Below, piece by piece: positions 13,595 through 24,900 of a stretch of 64,000 nt of DNA; within the stretch, counting starts at the first letter, position 1; each line of letters begins with the position of its first letter. The notes beneath the pieces are model-generated. The model was given only the letters and a program-made list of their open reading frames with translations, was not told the DNA's origin and ran no database searches. Origin of the DNA: Hypanus sabinus (Eukaryota); contig NC_082736.1 in assembly GCF_030144855.1 (NCBI RefSeq), positions 7,254,001 through 7,318,000 on the forward strand. The letters are read 5' to 3'. A program made the position numbers and the translations under genes.

Positions 13595-15523
13595 CAGTGG
13601 TCCCCAACCACCGGGCCGCAAAACAAGTGCTGCCAGGCTGTGAAGAATCGATATGATTTGGTGATATGAAACGATATGAGTCAGCTTCACCTTTCCTCAT
13701 TCCCTGTCACGCCACTGTTGAACTTGAATGCACGCAAGGTCATCAGTCGGTATGAGTAAAAAACAAATGTCGCTTGAGAGTTTCTTTGGAAGAGGTGGTG
13801 GGGGACATAAAAGGCCCAATGATGACGACCACGCAGAGACGGCTGAGGCCAAGACTACAAAAAAAAAGAAAGCTTCCTTCAACAGAAAATACGACGAGTC
13901 GCACATAAAATATGGCGTTATTGCGACCGGTGACTCGTATGCTCCAAGCCCCTGTGTGTGATATGTGGAGACATGCTGTCTAATGAGGCAATGAAGCCCT
14001 CAAAACTACTTCGGCATCTTGAGTCCCAGCTCCCTACACTTAAAGACAAACCCTTTAAGTTTTTTGAGTGGAAAAAATGTGAGCAAGTGGGACTCAAGCG
14101 GGTGCTGAGAGCCACCACCTCCACAAATGCTGATGCTCTGAGAGCGTCATAGTTAGTGGCTAGCCATATTGCTGAGGCTAAGAAGCCTTTCACCGTTGGG
14201 GAAGAAGTGATTCTGCCTGCTGCCAAGGACATGTGCTGTGAACAGTTGAGAGAAGCTGCTGCTAACAAGATGGCACAGGTTTCTCTTCCAGCTACCACAG
14301 TTTCAAGGAGAATCGATGACAAAGCGGAGGACATCGAAGCATAGATGTTAGAACGGCTTAACGAGTCACCATGGTATGCTATCCAGGTCGATGAGTCTAC
14401 CAATGCGACAACAAGGTAACACTGCTGGTTTATGAGCGATATATATTTCAAGACGATGTGCACGAGGATACGTTGTGCGCAATGCCACCGCCAACTAACA
14501 CAACTGGGGCAGAACTGTTCAAGTCTTTGAATGACTACATGTTAGGCAAACCGGACTGGTCATTCTGTGTTGGAATATGCACAGATGGGGCTGCAGCTAT
14601 GACTGGACGGCTGTCTGGTTTCACTACCCGAGTCAAAGTGGTTGCTCCTGAATGACAGTCTGCAAACTTCAGGGGAGAATGACAGCTATCCATGTCAGCG
14701 CGGGAAGATCAACCCCTCGAGCTTGCAAATGATGGTGGGTTGAAAAATATTTTTAACGTAACATCTCTGCCGGCATTCTGGATCAAAGTCAAGGCTGAAT
14801 ATCCTGAGATAGCCATGAAAGGACAGAAAACGTTGCTTCCGTTTCCAACATCATATCTCTGTGAAGCGGGGTTTTCTGCAATGAATGCAACAAAAACTAA
14901 ATTGCGGAATAGACTGGATATAAGGAGCAAAAACGAGGAAATCTGCAGATGCTGGAAATTCAAACAACACACACAAAATGCTGGTAGAACACAGCAGGCC
15001 AGGCAGCATCTGTAAGGAGAAGCACTGTCGACATTTCAGGCCGAGACCCTTCATCAGGACATAAGGAGCCCCCTTTGAGTATTGCTGTCTCCCATCACCC
15101 CTCGATGAGACCACCTTATTGCAGGAAAACAAGCCCAGGACTCTTACTGATTCACCGATATTGGTGTGTTGCAATGATTTTATATGTTCATACGGGGATA
15201 ATAGGTGCTGTGTGTTTAATATCCATATGTTACTTAATATGTTATGATGCTATTGACTTATAAGTGCCCTATAATTGACTTATCACTGTATTCATGGGAG
15301 GAAAATATGCACTGTGTGTTTAATACTAAATTCTTTAGATAAACCCTTTAGAAACAAAATTGAGTGTATTAATTAGCCACTTATAAGTGACTTATAGTTT
15401 CACCTGCATTCTGGTATATATTACCCCTACCCCTCCCCCCTCCCCCCCCCGCTGGCCGGTCCGTAAGAATATTGTCAATAAATATTAAATGGGCCTGCGG
15501 TGCAAACAAAGTTGGGGACCCTG
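13595..15523 (+). mobile_element. hAT (Charlie/Buster, ZBED5/SCAND3-like) transposon, internally deleted
   Basis: TIRs CAGTGGTCCCCAAC / GTTGGGGACCCTG; BED finger CVICG..MKPSKLLRHL, KKPFTVGEEVILPA, FPTSYLCEAGFS. Confidence 0.93.
14929..15060 (-). mobile_element. 132-bp Penelope-derived hammerhead mini-element with 9-bp TSD
   Basis: TSD ATAAGGAGC at 14920-14928 and 15061-15069; ribozyme motif at 15027-15060 (-). Confidence 0.88.
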
Positions 15524-17200
15524 ACATAGATCCTTGTCAAATCCCCAGCAATCTGCTCACTTGCTTCTTTCACTATTGTAGGATATATGCCTTCAGTTCT
15601 TGGAGTCTCATCCATCTTATTGCTTTTCAGATATCCCAGCACAGCCTCCTCCTTAATCTCAACATTTCTCTGCACATTAGCATGTCTCGCTCTGTTTTCA
15701 TTGACATTCAATTCCTTCTCCTCGGTAAATATTGACACAACGGACTCATTTAGTACCTCAGCCACTTGGTCTGACTTCAACCACATCATTCCTCCTTTAA
15801 TCTTGAGTGGACCTTTCCAGTCTCTGGTTATCCCTGTTTAACTAATATAAATCAAGAGGCCTTGGGATTATCTTTGATCCCACTCCACGAGGACGGTTTG
15901 AGGCCCCATTTGGCCTTTCCTATCACCAGCTTTCGCATTTCCCCGCTATCTTTATATTCCAAAGATACCCAGTCTGATTTTAGCTTCATAAACCTTCCAT
16001 ATCCTTCTGACTAAATTCAGGATCTCTCCATTCATCCAAAGTTCCCTTACCTTACCGTCCTTGTCCTTACTCCTTACAGGAACATGCTGATCCTGAACTC
16101 TGAGCTGCGGGTCTTTAAACAACTCCCACATGTCAGATGTCGACTTGTCTGACAGTGGCTGCTCCCAATCAATGCCCCTTGGCTTCTGTCTTACTCATAA
16201 CTAACGAACAAAATAAATGGTGATCGTCAGCTGGCCTGGCTCGTTTCCCTAAACTAATTCCCGTCTGTTCTCGCCTCTGGTGGGGCTCTGTACATAATGT
16301 TTCAAACACTCCTCGGAATCGCTGAAGAAATCTTGAGCATCTCAGCATTGAGCAAGATCCAGTCAATGCGAGGGAAGATAAAGTCCCCCACTATGACAGT
16401 TCTGTTCTGCACCTCTCCCTAAACATAAACCTCTGTGTTCCTCCACCTCCCGGTGGTTATTGGGGGCCAATACTATAATCCAGTCCGTGTGACTGTAGAT
16501 TGCCTCTGTAAGTGAGCCCTCCAGTTTGCTGTGACATACCCAGTGGGGTAGCCTCTGCATCTTATAACCCCCCTTCCCCCCACTCACATGTAAAACAATG
16601 AAACCTAGAGATGTTGAGCTGAACGTCCGACAACATAATACTCCTAATGTTGAAATAAACTTATTTCAGCCCATCAATCCCACCATGTTTATTGGCCTGA
16701 CATTGGCTCTCGTTCTTTTCAGACTGTCTTGTCATACATACATTCTCCCACTTGCTACTCCAGTTCCAACTCCGCCAAGTGACACCATCAAACCTCCTGG
16801 TGAGGATATTGGTTCCCCTCCGGTCCAGATGGAAATGGCCTTGTTTGTCCCGGTCTCCCACCTGACTGGAAGGGAGCCCATTGATCCATGAATCTGAAGA
16901 TCTCCCTCCTGCATCAGTTCCTCAGCAGCAATTGTTTCCTCACCACACCAGCACAAGGTTTGGGCCACAATTCGATAATTACAATCCTGTAAGTCCTGCT
17001 TTTTAACCTATTTCCTGAAAATCACTGTGTAGGACCTGATACCTGCTCGTTTAACCCTTCCGTGTAGCATGAAGAAAGCTCCCGTAAACATATTGGCTCC
17101 CCTCCTTGGACCCGTCTCACCTTTCCCTCGGGACCTCAATGATCCTCGTACCTAAAGCCGTCACCCACCTCACACCAGCTCCTCAGCCACCACTTTACCT
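15524..17200 (-). mobile_element. Old CR1 LINE (ORF2 5' part and ORF1 remnants)
   Basis: VAEVLNESVVSIFTEE, GIYPTIVKE, FHLDRRGTNIL. Confidence 0.8.
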
Positions 17201-17491
17201 GGTCTTTAGAAGGCACCAAAGCGAGGTCTGTATATCCTTATATCTGCCTATGTATCCTGTTCCTTTATGTGACCGGACTTTCATTTCCCTCGTGATCCAG
17301 GGGAACAATTGTTCTGATGAATTAACCCTCTCGACTGCACCCTCGCCCACCAACTGCTGTGTGTGAGGACGCTCGCATTGGTCCTGGGGCCGGGGAGGGA
17401 CAGACTGAGGTCCTTGGGGATTTGCGGAATGGAAAAGCACTCCTATAATTTAAAACAGGAGAATCAGCAAATTTCCAGAAATCTTCCAGTT

Positions 17492-17835
17492 TGTACGTGT
17501 TTCATACCATCTTGGACAATGACTCCCATCCACTCCAAAACGTACTGGTTAGGCACAGGAGTACATTCAGCCAGAGACTCATTCCACTGAGATGCAACAT
17601 TGAGTATCATAGGAAGTCATTCCTGCCTATGGCCATCAAACTTTACAACTCGTCGCTCGGAGTGTCAGACAACCTGAGCCAATAGGCTGATCCTGGACTT
17701 ATTTCCACTTGACATAATTTACTTATTATTATTGAGTTATTTATGGGTTTATATTGCTATATTTCTACACGATTTTTGGTTGTTGCGACTGTAACGAAAC
17801 CCAATTTCCCCCGGGATCAATAAAGTATGTCTCTC
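17492..17835 (+). mobile_element. Short Rex1/Babar 3' fragment
   Basis: Near-identical to the reverse complement of ~11480-11815. Confidence 0.9.
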
Positions 17836-17837
17836 TG

Positions 17838-17958
17838 GAGTGGATGTGGAGGGGATGTGTCCTATAGTGGGGGAGTCTAGGATCAGAGGACACAGATAGA
17901 GTGGATGTGGAGAGGATGTTTCCTATAGTGGGGGAGTCTAGGACCAGAGGACACAGAT
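17838..17958 (+). repeat. Two-copy 61-bp tandem duplication of a CR1 fragment abutting the H4 promoter
   Basis: GAGTGGATGTGGA…GGACACAGAT twice. Confidence 0.85.
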
Positions 17959-17959
17959 C

Positions 17960-18494
<535 letters not shown>

Positions 18495-18527
18495 AAAACT
18501 CCCACTTCCTCCCGAACACAACACAAA

Positions 18528-18543
18528 GGCTCTTTTAAGAGCC
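18528..18543 (+). other. Histone 3' stem-loop (H4)
   Basis: GGCTCT-TTTA-AGAGCC followed by ACCCA; purine-rich HDE at ~18557-18566. Confidence 0.97.
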
Positions 18544-18884
18544 ACCCACCGCCTCACAGAGGGAGCCGTGTCCACAACCTTTTAATTATTTTTATCGATA
18601 TATTTGGCTGAGCTACTTTTGAAACAGATTAATCATTCCGCTTGAAATATATATAGCTGCGATTGTGCCTTTCCAGGCGGTGATTACCGTGAATGCTGGA
18701 TGCATTTATATCGATCTTAATCATTCTGTCCATCTCGGACAGAAATCAGTTCACTCGTTTTGAGAGTCGATTCCGTAATCATGCATTCAAATCTTAACTG
18801 AGGGAATTAGATATTAAATGAAACTGAAAGTACATGATCCGTGATAGAATTAATTGTAAATAATAAGTTATCAGTCTGGGTGCT

Positions 18885-19590
<706 letters not shown>

Positions 19591-19619
19591 ACCCAGCCTA
19601 CACTCCGAACACCAGAAAA

Positions 19620-19635
19620 GGCTCTTTTAAGAGCC
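19620..19635 (+). other. Histone 3' stem-loop (H3)
   Basis: GGCTCTTTTAAGAGCC; HDE GAAAGGGCTG at 19651-19660. Confidence 0.97.
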
Positions 19636-20420
19636 ACTACCACGGCAAAGGAAAGGGCTGTAGCTTGCTCATCATTATTGTAGTAGCGACCTGTCCTGCC
19701 GATCGATTTTGCACTAATTGTCCCGTGCTACCAGGGTAGTTTAGCGAGGGACAGGAGCTGAACGCGCTCACTTCCTGTCAGGGTCTCATCTGGCCCTTCA
19801 CTTCTCTCACAAACCTGTCGTGTACAGCTGGTGCGGCTGTTACCGTTTTGTTTGCTTTGGACATGGGGATACGTTCGTACCCGCTGTGCTTGGAGTGAAG
19901 CATGCCGACGCGAGGGGTAACAGTGGGGGAATTCAGGGGGCGGTGACTGCCAAGAAATAGTGATTTTTAAGATTAGATTTCGCTCTTGTACATTTTTGAT
20001 ATTGGTGTTTTGTGTAAATTAACAATGTCGTTTTGTAGCTGGGGCCTGCATGAAGGTCAGTCGGCAATGCCACCGGGTAGTTTATCATATAGCCTCCCGC
20101 TGCAGTCCGTCCCAGAGACGGATCCCTCTCTCAACACGCCCCCTCCCCTCTCGCGTAGGTTTCAGCAGTTCCCAATCAACTCAGCTGAATCTCCGCTGGC
20201 GTCAATGTCGGTCAATCTCGCCCAGATCGGAGAAGGAATTGGTCCTGAAACTGCCCACATCCCTTATCTCTCAATCTCAGCTCGGGCATCCGTGTCTCAT
20301 TTCAGACACCGCACCAAATGTCAGAGGTACCGGCAATCTCGGGTTCCATTGAGAATTTCTCAATCGGACCCGGCGCGGGAATCACAACACTCCGAATCAG
20401 CTCTTTTCTGAGATGTGGGT

Positions 20421-20436
20421 GGCTCTGAGAAGAGCC
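20421..20436 (-). other. Histone 3' stem-loop (H1)
   Basis: Reverse complement GGCTCT-TCTC-AGAGCC ACCCA; HDE CAGAAAAGAGCTG at 20410-20398. Confidence 0.96.
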
Positions 20437-20473
20437 GTTGGGTTCAGATACACACAAATGGTGGATTCTCAAT

Positions 20474-21121
20474 TCACTTTTTGACTGCTGTCTTCTTGGG
20501 TTTCGCGGGTTTCGACTTCGGCTTCTTGGCCGCCTTCGTCTTCGGGGCTGCGGCTTTATTGGGGCTCTTGGGCTTCGGCGCCGCTTTCTTAGCCGCGGGT
20601 TTCTTTGCTGCCGCTTTCTTAGCCGCTGCTTTCTTTACTGCCGCTTTCTTAGCCGCTGGTTTCTTTGCTCCCGCTTTTTTAGCCACGGGTTTCTTACCTC
20701 CTGCTTTTTTAGCCACTGGTTTCTTGGCGCCAAGCTTCTTGTCGGGAGATTTCTTTGCCGCTGGCTTGTTCGCTTTCTTCACCACCTTCACGGCAGTTTT
20801 CCCTTTACCGGATTTAAAGGATCCCGAAATACCCGAGCCCTTGGCCTGAACCAAGGAGCCGCTTTCCACTTTCCTCTTGATGCTCATTTTGACCTGGTGG
20901 CGACGTTTCGCCACATCGACACCGCTGTCGGCCAGAGCCTTCATGATAGCCGCACCGGACATACCCTTCCTATCGTGACAACCCGCCACGATCTTATCGA
21001 TCTGTTCGCCCAGCGAGGGACCGGTTGGTTTGCTCCGGGCAGCCGCCTTCTTCTTGGGAGTCTTCTTTGTGGCGGCGGGTGCGGCTGGAGGAGCCGTTTC
21101 GGCGGGTGCTGTCTCGGTCAT
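20474..21121 (-). CDS. H1: Linker histone H1 (215 aa)
   Basis: MTETAPA N-tail, winged-helix domain ending LVQAKGSGISGSFK, Lys/Ala/Pro-rich C-tail. Confidence 0.98.
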   Translation of the reverse strand: MTETAPAETAPPAAPAATKKTPKKKAAARSKPTGPSLGEQIDKIVAGCHDRKGMSGAAIMKALADSGVDVAKRRHQVKMSIKRKVESGSLVQAKGSGISGSFKSGKGKTAVKVVKKANKPAAKKSPDKKLGAKKPVAKKAGGKKPVAKKAGAKKPAAKKAAVKKAAAKKAAAKKPAAKKAAPKPKSPNKAAAPKTKAAKKPKSKPAKPKKTAVKK

Positions 21122-21630
21122 GTCGGCGACTCTGGTAAATCCTTCTCACAATCAGAACTGAATGATAAATGAAGCGAAAGGCGGCGGCACAGAGCCATTT
21201 AAAGGCAGCGAGCGGACGGGGCGGAGACATCCTGCTGGCAGCTCCCGGCAGCTTCATTTTTCTGTGTTTCTCTCTCCTCAAAAACTCGCCGATTCCAATT
21301 CAAATCGGTCGCTGCGGAGACTCGGACTAGTACCTGTCCGTCCCTGAGGCCGGAATGTTCGCTGGTAAGAAAGTTTAATCGGGATTAAAGGCAGCGCTTT
21401 CTATTTTAACCCGTTTCATTACTGCATTGCCCGCGTTCTCTCTCCCTATCGTTGACCTGTTCTCTGTTTTATGGCTGAAATATTTAATCGAATTAAAACT
21501 TTGCGGTTAATTCCCTCTTCGGGAATGATCTGGGGAGTGGGGCGTTTCCGTAACAGAAAAATCTTTTCATTTTCTACAGGAGGCGCTGAGAAATCCTACG
21601 ATGTGTTCGGACTCACAAACACAGTGACAC
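21122..21630 (-). promoter_or_regulatory. H1 promoter with TATA-like box, GC box, H1/AC box and upstream TG box
   Basis: TTTAAA at 21198-21203, GC box at ~21217-21223, AAACACA (-) at 21263-21269, TGTGTTT (-) at 21617-21623. Confidence 0.8.
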
Positions 21631-21684
21631 TGGTCTAAGCCGCCCGCTCCTTTAACTCACTCTCTCTGACACAATACACACTCA

Positions 21685-21840
21685 CTGCTGACGGAAATCA
21701 GCAACTCAGGCAGCATCAATGGTGGGAATAAACAGCCGACATTTCGGGCTGAGACCCTTCCTCAGGACTCTGGTGGGAGATGCTGCCGGACTTGCTGGGT
21801 TCCTCCAGCATTTTGTCCGCGTTGTTCGCGATTCCCAGAA
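21685..21840. mobile_element. Head-to-head Penelope terminal fragments with hammerhead (21735-21768, -)
   Basis: Reverse complement GTCCTGAGGAAGGGTCTCAGCCCGAAATGTCGGC followed by an inverted PLE tail. Confidence 0.8.
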
Positions 21841-21989
21841 CCTCTTGGCGTTATGCTGACCCAATGTTCACATCTGCAACTTCATCGCATTGTTCTGCCG
21901 TCAACATAAAATGACAGATTCCTTGTCATATAACACGGTGATAAATGATTCTGATTCCAAGGAATAAAGGACAACGGACATTGTCTGAC

Positions 21990-24900
21990 CAAACTCTCTG
22001 TGTAACTGAGAACCTCAGGTCCGGGAAACATCCTTGGAAATCTTTTCTACTCTCTCCCCAGTTTAACCACCTTTCCTATAACGGTGACAAGAGCTGTACA
22101 CAATACAAGTGTGGCCTCCAGTCACTTACACAACTGTAACACAATGTCCCAACTGATATACTCAGTCCCCTGACTAATGAAGATCAGCATGTTAAACCCC
22201 GTTCTTCACCACCCTGTCTGCCAGTGACACCACTTTCAATGAACTGTGTGTGAGAGATTTACCCCTAAATCTCTCTGGCCCATTACACTCCCTAATGACT
22301 GACCATTCACAGTGTAAGTTCTGCACTGGTTTGACTTTGCAATGTGCACTGTCTCACATTTATCTGTATTGAAATGCATTTGCCACGCTGTGGCCCTCTT
22401 CACTAAATGTTCAAGATTGCCGGGTTAAATAAGAAATACAGAATAAACTAAACAGTGTAAAAGAGGCTCAGGGAGGGATGCGATTCTGAAGGTGAGAATG
22501 GGAAACCTGATCCATTCTCGCCTCTTTTACTCTTTAAATATCTGAACGAAATCCTTATTCCCCTTTATACTATTGGTCAGTCACATTAATAATTCATCTG
22601 TTCTCTCCATATTGCTATTTAGTTACCTTCTGTTCTTTTTAAGTCCACTAATCCTTTAGCTTCCCACTAACTTTTGTGATATTCTCTGCTCTCTCATGTT
22701 CCTTTATGCTGCTTTTGTCTTCCGTTGTTGGTGATGGTTGCCTCATTCTCCCTTTCAAATATTGTTTCTGCTGAGGGATGAACTGATCCTGCATCTGCCA
22801 AATTACTCCTGGAAACTCAAGCTTTTCATACAAAGGTAATCTGGTTAATGCTGGTGTAGTCAAAATGCCCGACTGCTGTAAGCCAGTTCCCATTACACCT
22901 CTGTGTGATTTACCAACATGTCTGCTCCACAATACCTGAGCCTATTGGGAGGCCAGCAGTGTAATCCCATCAAAATCACCATTCATCATTCTATTTAAAA
23001 CCTCTACTTACAAGACCTCATCATATCCCTCACTAATTACTGTTGTGTTGGTCTCCTCAATCAAACATGCAACATCCCCCCCCACCTGTCAAGTAGCCTT
23101 TAAATGTTTCCCCTTCACCTTAAACAATTGTCTTGTAAATGTATGCTTCCCTACCCTGACAAAAAGAGTGATTGCCTACTGATTTTGTAAACCTTTGGAT
23201 GGTCACCAGACAGCTCCTTAATCTCTCTGGTGAGAAAGAGTGTCCCAGTCTGTCCAAACTTCTGCTAATAATTCAAATCCTCCAGTGTCAGTAACACCCT
23301 CATCAAACCTCCCTCCACACTTTCCAGCTTCATGACATCCTTCCTGTAGCTGGGTGACTAGAACTGTGCACAATACAGTGCAATCTCACTTTGATGATGA
23401 CATCCCAAATCCTGTAACAATGAAGATTGGTTCCCTGACCAATGAAGATAAATAGGCCAAACATCATCTTCACCATCCTGACTACCTGTGTTGTCACTTT
23501 CAGTGAATGTTGTTCCTGTATTCCATGGACACTGTCTCTGCAATACTCTCCAAGGAACAAGAATTTTCTGTGCAGCTCCTTCCCTGGTTGGACTTCTCAA
23601 AATGCAGGAGCTCATCCTTGTCCACATCAACATTCATCTGTCATTCTTTGGCCGACTTCCCCAGGTCATCTCAATCCCGTTGTACTCTCAAAGAATCTTC
23701 ACTGCCCACTCTACCACCAACAAAGCACTCTGTAACAAATGCTAGAATCCCCTAATTGAGAGGAATGGAGATGCTGGATGACCAAAAAGATTTAAAGAGA
23801 AGGAGGATAACTGTTTATAAAATCAGTGAAGTGGGATCGACATACAGGAGGAGTCTGATGGCAGATCAGCCTTTACATAGAATTGTGGGTGAGGGACTAA
23901 GGGAGAACACACTGGAGGCTTCATCCAGTGAGACAGTGTGAATAGAGCTCAGGATAAGAGAGGTGCATTCACTGATGGAGTTGTGCTACAGGCCTCCCAA
24001 ATGCCAGCAGCAGGTAAAGAAACTGAAATGTAGCAGGGAATGAAAGATGCAAAGGCAACAGGTTTGTTGCAGAGGGCGACTAGTTTCCCCAATGTTGACT
24101 GGGACTCCCTTAGACTCAAGGGCTTAGATATCACTGCATATGTTAGAAGAATACTGGGATGTTTTTTAACATAGAAGTGGATAGTCTAACCAGGGAAGGT
24201 GGTCATAGAAGACATTGTTTTGGGAAATGAGCCTGGCCATTGAGAAAAGTTTCATTCAGGGAAAAGTAAATAAGCACAAGACTGGACACAGTGGTTATGT
24301 GGTCAATCGGGATTATAGCGAAAGGCAACTGTGTTGGACAGGAACTGAAGAGAGCGGAATGTGATTTGTCCAACCATATTTGACATGTGACTCTCACAAC
24401 ACGCTGGAGGAACTCAGCAGGTGGGGGGGGCAGCATACGTGGAAACGGACAGTCAATGTTTCCGGCCAACACCCTGTCTTGTGCGCATTGCTTTGACCTC
24501 AGCATCTGCAGAGTATTTTGTGTTTGACATGTGACTGTTTGTTAAAGGCAATCAGGTCAGAATTCAGACTGTTTCTTTGTGTGGAGGAAAGACAAGGATG
24601 GTAAAGTCCGGCAGAAGGGCGTGGTAAGAGATGTTATGAATTCAGTCTGAAAGAAAAAGATAAAGAATGTTTCAGGTGTATAAATTGGAGATGGCCTCTG
24701 GCAATATGAAGCAAGCAACAGAGAAGTTAAAAGTTTGAAACGGGGACAAGAAATGACTGTGGGGAGAAGGGGCACTATGGCGAGAGTACAACAACAAAAG
24801 GACAAAGGAGAGAGTTTATGTCTGAAGTGGGCGAAGGACTGAACCAGTACTTCACATCACTATTCATCAATGTGGTCACAGAGGATAGTGAGATCAGAGA

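Noticed and set aside
19660-20400. Single-frame ADCY10-like motifs in the H3-H1 spacer (IIIVVATC, GAAV, VNL..EGIGP)
   Set aside because: It abuts both histone HDEs, which is biologically odd, and another frame gives equally attractive short matches (PTSL..QL). I treat it as a warning of by-eye overfitting unless a profile search supports it.
20415-21172. Long antisense ORFs over H1 (244 aa, 144 aa) and over the other histones
   Set aside because: Shadows of GC-rich, repetitive histone codons.
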